From contig JBBQUR010000001.1 in assembly GCA_038212275.1 (NCBI GenBank), positions 192,001 through 256,000 of the forward strand: a stretch of 64,000 nt of DNA. Reading direction: 5' to 3'. The first letter of the stretch is position 1, and every line of letters begins with the position of its first letter. Source of the stretch: Planctomycetota bacterium. GTDB taxonomy: Bacteria > Planctomycetota > B15-G4. The translations under genes and the position numbers were made by a program. The notes under the pieces were generated by a model. The model did no database searches. It was not told the origin of the DNA and was given only the letters and a program-made list of their open reading frames with translations. This document shows, piece after piece, positions 16,723-26,478 of this stretch.

Positions 16723-17237
16723 ACCGCCGCGCGGCGTCCGTGCTTGCGCTTGCGGCCATGCTGGCCGGATGCGCGGAGCCTTCCGCACAGGAGCGTGCCG
16801 ACGCCGCTCAGGCTGCGCTCAACGGCGGCAAGTTCGCAGCGGCCCGCGCCGACGCGGAAGCCGGCCTCGCCCGCGACGGGACCACGGCGGACAAGGCGCT
16901 CACCTGGCGCCTCGAGAAGCTGCGCCTCGACGCGATGGCCGGAAGCGGAGACGGCGAGGAAGTGCTCGCGAGCCTGACTCGACTCGCGGCGACTCACCCG
17001 GACAAGGTCGATGCGTCTCTGTACGTCGCGCTCACCGACAAGCTTGCACAGGAGGGCAAGTTCGTCGGCGCCATCGACGTCGCGCATGCCGGTCAGCAGA
17101 AGTTCCCCGACAGGGCGGAGTACTTCGACGAAGAGATGACCCGCCTCATGGATGCGGCGAAACGGGCCGCTGAGGGCGGCGACAACACGGCGCTCGACCA
17201 TCTCGCCGGGCTCGGCTACCTGAGCAAGCCGAAGTAG
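16719..17237 (+). CDS. Lipoprotein, helical/TPR-like, ending LAGLGYLSKPK
   Basis: GTG overlaps upstream TGA; lipobox MLAGC; shares ADKALTWRxEK, VDAxLY, GAIDxxHAG, GDNxALD with 16216-16722. Confidence 0.85.
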   Translation: MNRRAASVLALAAMLAGCAEPSAQERADAAQAALNGGKFAAARADAEAGLARDGTTADKALTWRLEKLRLDAMAGSGDGEEVLASLTRLAATHPDKVDASLYVALTDKLAQEGKFVGAIDVAHAGQQKFPDRAEYFDEEMTRLMDAAKRAAEGGDNTALDHLAGLGYLSKPK

Positions 17238-17264
17238 CAGCACCCGGAAAGTTGAAAGGCCCGG

Positions 17265-18458
17265 CTAGGCCAGCGCAGATGCCGCAAGCCATGCGGCCAG
17301 CGCGAGCGCCGCTGCGACCACCAGCGCCGCGACGATCCGACGCCGACGCTTCGAGGCCGAGTGGACGTCGCGGGCCGTCTCAGGCGCGTGCGCCTCGGTC
17401 AGCAGCTCGACCCACGCGCCCGGTGACAGCCAGCCGCTGCTCACGAGGAATTCCCCGAGGCGTACGCCTCCGGCGGCCAGCGCCGCTTCTGCCTGGCGGA
17501 CCTGCGCTGCGGTGAGGCGCTGATCGCGCTGCGCGAGTTGAAGTGCTCGCACGTCGAGCGCGCGTTGCGCGTCCGCCGGAACCGTCGTGTCGTCGCACAC
17601 GAAAAGCAGGTCCGCGGCGCCCGCGATGAGGTGCGCGCCGTCGGCGACCGGCTCGGCGTCGACCACGCGGCGCAAGCCGAGTCGCGTCGGGTTCGTCGCC
17701 GACAGGTCGGTCAGCATCCAGCGCCCGTCCGCGTACGAAAGGCGCGCCTGCAGCGCCGACACGGACGGATCGTCGATGCGCACGTCGCAGCCGGCGCCGC
17801 GCCCGAGGACGGCGCTGCTGCCTGGGATCGGAACGACCGTGGCGTGGCTGCCGATGACGACGACCATGCGCGGCCGTCCCGCCGGCGCGAGGCCTGTGCG
17901 GACGCCGCCTCGATCGGGAGCGCCGCCGCGGGGCGCGCCGGCATCGGGAGCAGCGGATGCGTGCGACGCCGGCGCGGCCGGCCGTGCCGGCGCGACGGTG
18001 GTGCCGTACGAGCCGGCCGCCTGCTGCGCCGCTGCGCCTTCCGTCGTGTCGCCGTCGTCGTCCGTCGCAGCGTCGCCGAGGCGCAGGTCCAGCACCGTGT
18101 TGCCCAGCAGCAGCTGGGTGTCTTCGCGCAGCAGCACGCTCTCGCCCTTGCGCAGAACGGCGCCGCCCGCCACTGTCGTGCCGTTCGTGCTGCCCAGATC
18201 CGTGTAGCGCCAGCGCGCGCCGCCCGAGGCGGCGTCGTCGAGCGGCTGCAGCCGGCCGTGGTGCCCCGAGACCTGGGTGTCGTCCAGCACGAGGTCGTTG
18301 TCGGGTGAGCGGCCGATGGCCAGCGTCGCCTCGAGCGTGCGCTCGGTGACGACCACGTGGTCGTGGATGACACGCAGCGTCGCGGGAACGAAGTGCTGAG
18401 GGCGCATGAGCGTGAGCCGGGGACGTCGGCCGGTCGTGGCCGCGAGGCTCGCGGCCAT
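17265..18458 (-). CDS. Double FHA-domain protein with C-terminal TM anchor (alternative start 18407)
   Basis: [24 protein letters not shown] and [23 protein letters not shown]-terminal RRRR plus hydrophobic helix. Confidence 0.85.
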   Translation of the reverse strand: MAASLAATTGRRPRLTLMRPQHFVPATLRVIHDHVVVTERTLEATLAIGRSPDNDLVLDDTQVSGHHGRLQPLDDAASGGARWRYTDLGSTNGTTVAGGAVLRKGESVLLREDTQLLLGNTVLDLRLGDAATDDDGDTTEGAAAQQAAGSYGTTVAPARPAAPASHASAAPDAGAPRGGAPDRGGVRTGLAPAGRPRMVVVIGSHATVVPIPGSSAVLGRGAGCDVRIDDPSVSALQARLSYADGRWMLTDLSATNPTRLGLRRVVDAEPVADGAHLIAGAADLLFVCDDTTVPADAQRALDVRALQLAQRDQRLTAAQVRQAEAALAAGGVRLGEFLVSSGWLSPGAWVELLTEAHAPETARDVHSASKRRRRIVAALVVAAALALAAWLAASALA

Positions 18459-18590
18459 CCGCGCCGGACGCTAGCCCCGCAGACGGCGCGGATCAAGGCG
18501 CGCGCGCGGTCTTCCCCGCAGCGTCGCGCGCGAACGGCCTCGCGAACGGCGCGGTTGACCGTGACCGCGCGCTCGCGCGACGATGGCGCG

Positions 18591-19025
18591 ATGCCCAGCA
18601 CACCCAGCCGCACGCTCGAGACCTTCGCCAACCCGCGCCCCGGGCGCGACTACGAGATCCGTTTCGATTGCCCCGAGTTCACCTGCCTTTGTCCGAAGAC
18701 GGGCCAGCCGGACTTCGCGACGATCCGCATCCGCTACGTGCCCGGCAAGCTGTGCGTGGAGCTGAAGTCGCTGAAGCTCTACCTGTGGTCCTTCCGCGCC
18801 GAAGGCCACTTCCACGAGGACGTGACCAACCGCATCCTCGACGACCTCGTGGCCGCCACCGCGCCGCGCCGCATGACGGTCGAGGGCGACTTCCTGGTGC
18901 GCGGCGGCATCCACACCGTCGTGGTTGTCGAGCATGACGGCGGCTCGCGTTCCGGCGTCGGAGGCTCGCGTCAGGCCGATGGGAAGCGCGCACGGAGCGC
19001 GGCGCGGCGCAAGTCGGCCCCGTGA
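18591..19025 (+). CDS. queF: NADPH-dependent preQ0 reductase (type I)
   Basis: [38 protein letters not shown]. Confidence 0.96.
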   Translation: MPSTPSRTLETFANPRPGRDYEIRFDCPEFTCLCPKTGQPDFATIRIRYVPGKLCVELKSLKLYLWSFRAEGHFHEDVTNRILDDLVAATAPRRMTVEGDFLVRGGIHTVVVVEHDGGSRSGVGGSRQADGKRARSAARRKSAP

Positions 19026-19474
19026 TCGCCGAGTCGCGAAGGGGGGCCTTCGCGATCACCACCGACCCGGCGCGCCTCGACATCGACGCGATCCACGCCT
19101 ACCTCACGCGGTCCTACTGGGCGGAAGGCATCGCGCGCGAACTGGTGCTGCGCTCGATCGAGAACTCGCTCTGCTTCGGACTGTTCGACGGCTCGCGGCA
19201 GATCGGCTTCGCCCGGGTCATCACCGATCACGCCACCTTCGCGTACCTGTGCGACGTCTACGTGCTGGAGGAACAGCGCGGCGCCGGCTTCGGCAAGTGG
19301 CTGATGGAGACCGTGATGTCTCACCCCGACGTGCAGGGCCTGCGCCGCTGGCTGCTCATGACCCGGGATGCGCACGGCCTGTACGCGCAGCACGGTTTTT
19401 CTCCGCTGGCGAAGCCCGGATCCGCCATGGAGATCGCGAGGCCGGGACTCTACCGCGCTCAGCGCGGCTCGTAG
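19022..19474 (+). CDS. GNAT family N-acetyltransferase
   Basis: [48 protein letters not shown]. Confidence 0.92.
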   Translation: MIAESRRGAFAITTDPARLDIDAIHAYLTRSYWAEGIARELVLRSIENSLCFGLFDGSRQIGFARVITDHATFAYLCDVYVLEEQRGAGFGKWLMETVMSHPDVQGLRRWLLMTRDAHGLYAQHGFSPLAKPGSAMEIARPGLYRAQRGS

Positions 19475-19935
19475 CTCAGGGCGGAGAGGAGCAGGCCGCC
19501 GCTGCGGTCCAGCAGGATGTTCACGGCGCGCCGCGGCACCTTGGCCACCTGGCTGCTGCGCTCGAGGCGGTAGGTCAGCGAGGTGCCGTCGGAGAGTCTG
19601 GCCGTGCCGGCGAAGCCCTGCAGCGGCGCGGCCTGCTGGCTGTAGTCCGCGATCGCGTCCGCGCTGAGGAGCAGGCGTTGAAAGTCCGCGCGCAGCGCCT
19701 CCAGATTCGGTTCCGCGACGGACAGGTGAAGGTCAAGCACCCGGTATGGGGGCCACTGGATCGAGTCATCGGCGCCCTCGAGCCAGAGCGCCTCGACGCG
19801 CGTGTCGGCGATGAGCAAGGCCGACAGGCGCCGCACGAAACCGGTGGGGAGGTGGTCCGCGCCGGGAAGCGCGCGCCGCCCTCCCGGCGTGCCTGGCCTG
19901 CCGTGCGCGTCGGAGTTTCCATGCGTCGTGGACAT
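19459..19935 (-). CDS. Hypothetical protein, possibly degenerate pol-beta nucleotidyltransferase fold
   Basis: DTRVEALWLEG...LDLHLSV resembles the DxRVxAxxLxGS...SDxDL pattern but lacks GS and the first Asp. Confidence 0.55.
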   Translation of the reverse strand: MSTTHGNSDAHGRPGTPGGRRALPGADHLPTGFVRRLSALLIADTRVEALWLEGADDSIQWPPYRVLDLHLSVAEPNLEALRADFQRLLLSADAIADYSQQAAPLQGFAGTARLSDGTSLTYRLERSSQVAKVPRRAVNILLDRSGGLLLSALSYEPR

Positions 19936-19980
19936 GTCGGCGCATGTTAGGAGCGGCGGTGCGCGCCCGGCAAGCGTCCT

Positions 19981-20075
19981 GCGCCTGCGCCTGCGCCAGC
20001 GCCAGCGCCAGCGCCAGCGCCAGCACCAGCGCCTGCACCTGCGCGTCGCCAGCGCCTGCGCGTGCGCGTGCGCGA
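19981..20075. repeat. Degenerate hexamer tandem array (GCGCC[AT])n, about 16 units
   Basis: gcgcct x2, gcgcca x5, gcacca, gcgcct, gcacct, gcgcgt... between divergent genes. Confidence 0.9.
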
Positions 20076-20108
20076 ACCGCCGCCCGCCGTGTGTTAGAAC
20101 GTCCCGCC

Positions 20109-21236
20109 ATGCAGATCCTGGTCGTGGGCGGCGGCATCATCGGGCTCTCGGTCGCGGCGCAGCTCGCGCGCGAGGGGCATGACGTGCAATTGCTCGAGCG
20201 CGAGCTTCCGGGGCAGCGCGCCAGCTGGGTCGCGGCGGGGCTGCTCACGCCGAGCAGTCCGTGGAAATACCCGCAGTCGCTCATCGACCTGTGCTTCGCC
20301 TCGGAAGCGCTGTATCCGGATTTCGTCGCCGACCTGCTGGAGCACACCGGCATCGACTCCGAGTTCGATGTGTCCGGCATGCTCTATCCGGAAGGCGCCA
20401 CGCTTTCGGCCGCGCAGGTGGCCGACGAGTCGCGTCGCCGCGCCTCGATGGGCTTCGACATGCAGCACCTGCAGCGCCCGGTGCTCGACGTGATCGCGCC
20501 TGGCCTCGCACCGGAAATCACCGGCGCCGGCTGGCAGGCCGCTTCGGCACGCGTGCGCCCGCCGCGCCTGCTGGCTGCGCTGCGGCGTCGCGCCGCGGGC
20601 CTCGGCGTCGTGATCACGTCGCATTGCGAAGTGACCGAACTGCTCGGCGGCCCGGGCGGCGTACGCGGCGTGCGCACCTCGACCGGCCAGCTGCTCGTTG
20701 CGGAGTGCGTGGTGCTCGCCGCCGGATCGTGGTCGGGCGCTCTTGCGGCCACGCTGGGCCTGGCGGTGGACGTGCGCCCGGTGCGGGGCCAGATCCTGCT
20801 GCTGCGCGGGCAACCCGGCGTGCTCGGGCCCACGCTCAACAACGGCGACAGCTATCTCGTGCCGCGCCGCGACGGCCGCATCCTCGTCGGCAGCACGATG
20901 GAAGACGTCGGCTTCGCGGCGGTCACCACGCCGGAGGCCATCGCGCGTCTGCGCGTCGTCGCCCGCGCGCTGCTGCCCGCCACCGAGGGCATGGTGGGAG
21001 AAATGGCCTGGGCGGGCCTGCGCCCAGGCACGCCCGATCGCCTGCCCTACGTCGGCACGGTGCCCGAGGTGCCGGGTCTGGTCCTCGCGACGGGGCATTT
21101 CCGCAATGGCATCCTGCTCGCGCCGATCACGGCGCTGCTCGTCGGCGACCTCGTCGCCGGGCGCACTCCGCGCATGGATCTCGGCCCGTACGCACCGCGC
21201 CCGGTCGATCCGCAGGCCGTGCTGCTCCCCGCATGA
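20109..21236 (+). CDS. thiO: Glycine oxidase ThiO-like FAD-dependent oxidoreductase
   Basis: ILVVGGGIIGLS, ASWVAAGLL, LAAGSWS, PVRGQ, YLVPRRDGRILVGST, WAGLRPGTPD, GHFRNGILLAP. Confidence 0.85.
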   Translation: MQILVVGGGIIGLSVAAQLAREGHDVQLLERELPGQRASWVAAGLLTPSSPWKYPQSLIDLCFASEALYPDFVADLLEHTGIDSEFDVSGMLYPEGATLSAAQVADESRRRASMGFDMQHLQRPVLDVIAPGLAPEITGAGWQAASARVRPPRLLAALRRRAAGLGVVITSHCEVTELLGGPGGVRGVRTSTGQLLVAECVVLAAGSWSGALAATLGLAVDVRPVRGQILLLRGQPGVLGPTLNNGDSYLVPRRDGRILVGSTMEDVGFAAVTTPEAIARLRVVARALLPATEGMVGEMAWAGLRPGTPDRLPYVGTVPEVPGLVLATGHFRNGILLAPITALLVGDLVAGRTPRMDLGPYAPRPVDPQAVLLPA

Positions 21237-21271
21237 GCTCGCGGCCGCGAGCGCCGCGCGCTGAGCAGCGC

Positions 21272-21313
21272 GCGATGAGCAACGTGCGATGAGCAACGTG
21301 CGATGAGCAACGT
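21272..21313 (+). repeat. Three perfect 14-bp tandem copies GCGATGAGCAACGT
   Basis: Units at 21272, 21286 and 21300; each contains an ATG. Confidence 0.95.
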
Positions 21314-21815
21314 GTCCCGCATGCCGGCGTCGGTGGCGCTCATGGCACTCATGGCGCTGACGGCAGTGCTCGGCGTGGGGGCGGGCGCCGCACCGACGAC
21401 CCGCCTCGGCGAAGAGCGCCTGGACCTTTCGGCGGCGACCTTCACGCGCAACGGCGTGGCCTCCGACGATCTTGCACGCGGTGCGCCCGGCACGCCCGAC
21501 GCCGGCAGCGTCGCCCTGCCGCTCAGCGAGCGCGGCGTGCGCTGGGCCATGCAATGGTCCACGCCCGAGGCCTTCAGTGCGCGCCTCGCGCTGGACTGGA
21601 ATCCCGGGCCGGACGGCGCGCTGTTCGAAGTCGTGCTCGACGGCCAGCGCCTGTCTCCCGTGCGTGACGCATGGCGGCCGTCGTCGCGCGAACTCCGCTC
21701 GGATCTCGGGGCCGCGTGGCTGGGCGCCGGCACGCACCTGCTGGAGTTCGTGGCGCGCGAACAATCGGCCGCCGCGGAGCTGCACCTGCGCGCGCTCGTG
21801 ATGGAACGCCTCTGA
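21303..21815 (+). CDS. Hypothetical secreted protein (beta-sandwich/CBM-like)
   Basis: Signal-peptide-like N-terminus; GPDGALFEVVLDGQRL...LGAAWLGAGTHLLEF pattern. Confidence 0.7.
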   Translation: MSNVSRMPASVALMALMALTAVLGVGAGAAPTTRLGEERLDLSAATFTRNGVASDDLARGAPGTPDAGSVALPLSERGVRWAMQWSTPEAFSARLALDWNPGPDGALFEVVLDGQRLSPVRDAWRPSSRELRSDLGAAWLGAGTHLLEFVAREQSAAAELHLRALVMERL

Positions 21816-21840
21816 ACGGCGTCGCTCAGAACGACGTCGC

Positions 21841-22605
21841 TCAGAACGACGTGATGTGGAAGCCGCCGTCCACGTAGAGCACCTCGCCCGTGATGCCGCG
21901 CGCGAGGTCGCTCACGAGGAAGAGCGTGGCGTCGGCGACCTCCGCCACGTCCACGTTGCGGCCCAGCGGCGAGCGCGTGCGCGCCAGCTCGAGCACCGAG
22001 GAGAAGTCGCTGATGCCGCTGGAGGCAAGCGTGCGGATCGGCCCGGCCGAGATGGCGTTCACCCGGATGTTCCGGGCGCCCAGCTCGGCGGCCAGGTAGC
22101 GCACCGAGGCCTGCAGCGACGCCTTGGCGAGACCCATCACGTTGTAGTGCGGCACGGCGCGCTCGGCGCCGAGGTAAGTCATCGTGACCAGCGATCCGCC
22201 GCGGGTCATGAGCGGCACGACCCGCTGCGCGAGCGCCGTGAGCGAGTAGCTGGAAATCTCGTGCGCCAGCGCGAAACCCTGCCGCGTGGTGCCGAGGAAT
22301 TCGCCCTCGAGTTCCTCGCGGGGCGCGAAGGCGATCGAGTGCACGGCGAAGTCCACCGTCGGCATGTGCTCGCGGATGGCGCCGAAGGCCGTGTCGAGCG
22401 CGGCGTCGCTGCCGACGTCGCAGGGCAGCGCAATGGCGCCGCCTGGAAGGCCGGCCGCGAGCTGCTTGCAGCCATCCGCAAGCCTGTCGCCCTGGTAGGT
22501 GAGGATGAGCCGTGCCCCTTGCGCCGCGGCCGCCTGTGCGCAGGCGAACGCGATACTGCGCTTGTTGGCGACGCCGAAGATGATCCCGTTGCGGCCCTGC
22601 AGCAT
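21841..22605 (-). CDS. fabI: Enoyl-ACP reductase
   Basis: GVANKRSIA, HSIAFAP, ISSYSL, TYLGAER..YNVMGLAKASL, NAISAGPIRTLA, ITGEVLYVDGG. Confidence 0.97.
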   Translation of the reverse strand: MLQGRNGIIFGVANKRSIAFACAQAAAAQGARLILTYQGDRLADGCKQLAAGLPGGAIALPCDVGSDAALDTAFGAIREHMPTVDFAVHSIAFAPREELEGEFLGTTRQGFALAHEISSYSLTALAQRVVPLMTRGGSLVTMTYLGAERAVPHYNVMGLAKASLQASVRYLAAELGARNIRVNAISAGPIRTLASSGISDFSSVLELARTRSPLGRNVDVAEVADATLFLVSDLARGITGEVLYVDGGFHITSF

Positions 22606-22688
22606 GCATCTCTCCCGGCGTGCGTTGTCGGCCGGACGGCAGACACAGCCCGCGGCGCGGCCCATTCTTCGGGAGCCGTGGGCGCGAT

Positions 22689-23702
22689 TCAATGCGCGTG
22701 CAGCTCGGCGACCTCCAGTGGCAGCTCGTCGGCGCGCACGACGCTTTCCGGCTTCCAGAAGGCGCGGCGCAGGAATGCCAGGGCCAGCGTGTGCTGCGTC
22801 AGCGGGTCGAAGGCCGAGGCCGTGAGCTGTCCGGCCTCCTGAGCGGCGCGCTCGCCGGTGCCCAGGAGCAGCGTGCCCGACGCCAGCGCATGGCGCCCCG
22901 CGGCGGAGAGTCGCACCAGCTTGCGCGCCACCTGCCCGAGATTCGTGATGCGTGCGACGACTTCCTGTCCGGGATAGCAACCCTTGGTGACGGAGACGTC
23001 GGCGTCGAAGCCGGCCTCGAGCGGAATGACGCCTCCGGCCAGCTCGCTGGCGAACCACGGGACGCCGTTCGCGAGGCGTTCGACCTGCAATGCCGCCATG
23101 CCGATCGCGCGTGCGCCGCCGTCGACGAGCTGCCCGAGCAGCGCATCGACACAGTCGGCCTGCAGCACCACGTCGACGCCCGGTGCACCGCAGAGTCGCG
23201 AGCGCACGGCGGCAAGCACCCGGTCGTCGTGCAGCAGCTCGTCCTCGCGCGGGCAGGGCAGCCCCGCGCCGGCGAGCAGCGCGTCGGCGTGCGGACCGAG
23301 CACGGACACGAAGCGGTGGCTGGCGCCCAGATCCGTCAGCACGACCTTGTCGCGCAGGATGAACATGTCCAGCAGGCGCAGCAGGCCTGCGTGCTGGCTG
23401 GCGGGAATGTCGAGCAGCAGACGCGCTTCCTCGCCGGGCCCGGCCGGCACGTGCAGCACGCGCAGGTCCGCGCGCAGCTTGCCCTTGCCGTCCATCAGCG
23501 TGGTGCCTACGGCGCGGCCCGGCTCCAGCGTCGCGACGGGCATGCTGCTGATGCGGTCGAGCCACGCAACATGGTCCGGCCCCGACACCGCGATGAGCGA
23601 GCGCACGCCGGGGCTGCAGACTGCCACGTGCGTACGCAGGGCGGTCAGGTCGTCGCGCAACGAGGCTTCGTCGGCTGAGATGGTCTGGCCGGCGTCGGTC
23701 AT
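22689..23702 (-). CDS. ygfZ: Folate-binding YgfZ/GcvT-family protein
   Basis: KGCYPGQEVVARI signature; ATG overlaps mutY stop. Confidence 0.93.
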   Translation of the reverse strand: MTDAGQTISADEASLRDDLTALRTHVAVCSPGVRSLIAVSGPDHVAWLDRISSMPVATLEPGRAVGTTLMDGKGKLRADLRVLHVPAGPGEEARLLLDIPASQHAGLLRLLDMFILRDKVVLTDLGASHRFVSVLGPHADALLAGAGLPCPREDELLHDDRVLAAVRSRLCGAPGVDVVLQADCVDALLGQLVDGGARAIGMAALQVERLANGVPWFASELAGGVIPLEAGFDADVSVTKGCYPGQEVVARITNLGQVARKLVRLSAAGRHALASGTLLLGTGERAAQEAGQLTASAFDPLTQHTLALAFLRRAFWKPESVVRADELPLEVAELHAH

Positions 23703-24823
23703 GCGTCGTGCTCCGTGGATCTGCGTGCGGCGAGCAGTTCGGGGGCCGCCGCGGCGAGGATGCGGCGGCTGGCCGTGGTGAGCGGCGTGTCCGGCGCGCA
23801 AGGCTCCATCCATAGCAGCGGTGCGCGCACGCGGCCTGTCAGTGCTTGCGATCGGAACGGCTGCACGCGGATGCGGTGATGCGTGATGCAGTGGCGCAAC
23901 GCGGGCAGCGCCTCGCCGGTCACGACGTGCAGGCCGTGGCGCTGGTAAATTTCGGCCACCAGCAGCGCAGCCAGCGAGTCCTGCTCTCCCGCTCCGTCGA
24001 TCCAGGCGGCATCAGCCGGCGCCTCGACCGCCGGCAGCTCGAGGAAGCCTGCATTCGGCGGCGCGCTGCGACGGTGCAGCAGCACGCGGCCGCCGCGTAC
24101 CGCGAGAAGCGCTGCGTGCAGCACGGCGACGGAGGCCCTGCGCGGCCGCAGCTCGGGATATCGCGCCGGGTTGCCCTCCGCGCGCGCCGCGCAGTGGACG
24201 CGCAACGGGCAGGCCGGGCAGGCAGGAGCCACGGGCCGGCACACGGTCGCGCCCAGTTCCATGAGCGCCTGGTTCCAGTCTCCGGGGCGCCGGGAGTCGA
24301 GCAGAGTCGCGGCGCGCTCGCGCAGCACCGTGCCCGTGGCTGCGGAGCGCGGGTCGCCGCGCAACGCAAGCAAGCGGCACAGCACGCGCTCCACGTTGCC
24401 GTCGATGGCGGCCACCGGCTCGCCGTATGCGATCGACGCGACGGCCGCGGCGGTGTAGCGGCCGACGCCGGGCAGCTCCAGCAGCGCGGCGTGAGTGCCG
24501 GGCAGTGCGCCGCCGGCCTCGGCCACGCGACAGGCCGCCTGGTGAAGGAAATCGGCGCGCCGGTAGTAACCCAGACCTGCCCATTCCGCGAGCAGCTCCT
24601 GACGGCTCGCGCGCGCGAGGTCAGCGGGCGCAGGCCAGCGAGCCAGGAATCGCTCCCAGTAGGGGATCGCGGCAGCGACCGTGGTCTGCTGCAGCATGAC
24701 CTCGCTCACGAGGATGGCCCAGGGATCGCGCGTGGCGCGCCACGGCAGGTCGCGGTGGCCGGCGTCCCAGTGCTCGAGCACCGCGCGCCTCACCGCATCG
24801 ATGTCGAGGGCCGGAATCGCCAT
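23699..24823 (-). CDS. mutY: A/G-specific adenine glycosylase
   Basis: RDLPWR, VSEVMLQQT, WAGLGYYRRA, LPGVGRYTAAA, DGNVERV, NQALMELGATVCRPVAPACPACPLRVHC Fe-S motif. Confidence 0.97.
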   Translation of the reverse strand: MAIPALDIDAVRRAVLEHWDAGHRDLPWRATRDPWAILVSEVMLQQTTVAAAIPYWERFLARWPAPADLARASRQELLAEWAGLGYYRRADFLHQAACRVAEAGGALPGTHAALLELPGVGRYTAAAVASIAYGEPVAAIDGNVERVLCRLLALRGDPRSAATGTVLRERAATLLDSRRPGDWNQALMELGATVCRPVAPACPACPLRVHCAARAEGNPARYPELRPRRASVAVLHAALLAVRGGRVLLHRRSAPPNAGFLELPAVEAPADAAWIDGAGEQDSLAALLVAEIYQRHGLHVVTGEALPALRHCITHHRIRVQPFRSQALTGRVRAPLLWMEPCAPDTPLTTASRRILAAAAPELLAARRSTEHDA

Positions 24824-25096
24824 GTCACAGAGCCTAGCAACCACCGCCGTCGGTGCCGCGACGCACATCGTCCCGTGCCAGGCGTGCGAGCGAGCCGGCG
24901 TCGCGCTCGGCGGGCGCGATCCGTGGGGCGTCGCCCCGGGGCGCAGCGGGTGACGGCGGCAAGCCGACGACGGTCTGGAACGTGGAGCCGCGCTAGCATG
25001 CGGCCGCTGCCTCTCCGGAGTCGCGCCGTGAACCGAATCGCTGCCACGCCGTCCCTCGCCGCGCGGCCCGCTTGCGACGCGAAATCCGCACAGGTC

Positions 25097-26362
25097 ATGC
25101 TGCCTGCACTGGCCCTGAGCGTCCTGTTCGTCCTGCTCGTCCTGCTCGTCCTGCCGGCACCTCTGCGCGCCGGCGACGAGGACTACTACATCTCGCTGCC
25201 GGCGCTGGGCGCGATTTACCGGCTGGACGCAGTCACCGGCGCGCTCACGCCGTTCTCCACGGGTTACGGCATCCCGTTCTACGGCGCGTGGTCGGTCACG
25301 GATGGCGCGCTCTACATGCCCGACCGTGACCTCGGCGTCGTGTTCAAGATCACGCCCAGCGGGCAGCGCAGCGTCTTCGCGTACGGAGGCTACCTCGCCT
25401 CGCCGGTGTCGATCGTGCAGGCGCCCGACGGCGGACTCATCGTCGCGGACATCTTCGAGCGGACGGTCGTCCGCCTGTCCTCGACGGGCGCGCAGACGCT
25501 GATTTTCGACGAAGCCGGTTCGGGCGGGCTGATCGACACGCCGGGCGGCATCGCATACGGCCCCGATGGCACGCTCTATGTCGCGAACAACTCCAGCGGC
25601 ACGATCGTCGCCATCGACGAGGCGGCGCACGCGATCTCCGTCGTGTGCTCCAGCCCGCTGCTCGCCGGGCCCGGCGGCCTGGCCGTCGACGGTTCGGGCA
25701 ATCTCTTCGTTGCGAACTACGACACGAGCGCGATCGTGCGCGTGCGCCTCGACACCGGAGCGGCCGACGTCTTCTGCGCCGACGCGTTCATGCACAATCC
25801 CAACGACGTGCGCCTCTCGCACGCCGGCGGGCTGCTCGTCACGCTGAGGAATGCCGCGCTCGTGCGCATCGACGCGCTGGGCCAGCTGAGCATCATCAAG
25901 CACGCGCGGGAACTGGGCGAGTTCGACGGCGTGGCGTCGCCCGCGGACTCTCCGCCCTGCGACGGCGCCTTCCTGCCCTACGGCGCGGGGACCGCCGGCA
26001 GTCTCGGCATCGTCCCCGAGCTGCGCGGCCTGTTCTCGCCCTGCGCCGGCGCCGCGGTGGGGCTGGAGTTCACCGGCTTTCCGGGCAATGGCTTCGGCGT
26101 GCTGGCCTGGGGTGTCGGCGCTGCCGATCTGCCGCTGAAGGGCGCACGCCTGCTGGTCGACATCGTCTCGCCCGGAGGGCTCATCGGCCTGAACTTCCCG
26201 GGCGCCGGTCCCGGCGGCGGCTCCTTGCGGCTGCCGTTCACGCTGCCCGACCTGCCGGCGATCGCGGGGCTGGACTTCTATCTGCAGGGTCTCGCGGCTG
26301 ACCCGGGCGTGCCCGGCGGAGTCTCCGCCAGCAACGGCCTGCACGAGCACGTCGGCGGCTGA
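25097..26362 (+). CDS. Secreted NHL/SMP-30-type beta-propeller protein with C-terminal beta domain
   Basis: Signal peptide; repeats PGGIAYGPDGTLYVAN, PGGLAVDGSGNLFVAN; start uncertain (24998/25029/25097). Confidence 0.8.
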   Translation: MLPALALSVLFVLLVLLVLPAPLRAGDEDYYISLPALGAIYRLDAVTGALTPFSTGYGIPFYGAWSVTDGALYMPDRDLGVVFKITPSGQRSVFAYGGYLASPVSIVQAPDGGLIVADIFERTVVRLSSTGAQTLIFDEAGSGGLIDTPGGIAYGPDGTLYVANNSSGTIVAIDEAAHAISVVCSSPLLAGPGGLAVDGSGNLFVANYDTSAIVRVRLDTGAADVFCADAFMHNPNDVRLSHAGGLLVTLRNAALVRIDALGQLSIIKHARELGEFDGVASPADSPPCDGAFLPYGAGTAGSLGIVPELRGLFSPCAGAAVGLEFTGFPGNGFGVLAWGVGAADLPLKGARLLVDIVSPGGLIGLNFPGAGPGGGSLRLPFTLPDLPAIAGLDFYLQGLAADPGVPGGVSASNGLHEHVGG

Positions 26363-26478
26363 ACGTTGCAGGGCGGGCGCCGCGCGCGTTGAATAGGCGC
26401 CGGCAGTCGCGGTCGCGCGACTGGCTTCCGGCGTGCGCGTCGCGCTGCGCCGGCTCCCCCCGACGAGAGAGAGCCTTC

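Noticed and set aside
18460..18590. preQ1 riboswitch upstream of queF
   Set aside because: No stem plus A-rich tail visible, and the promoter appears to abut the start codon
21272..21313. Repeat arrays as CRISPR (also 19981-20075, 36263-36346)
   Set aside because: Contiguous tandem units without spacers; no cas genes
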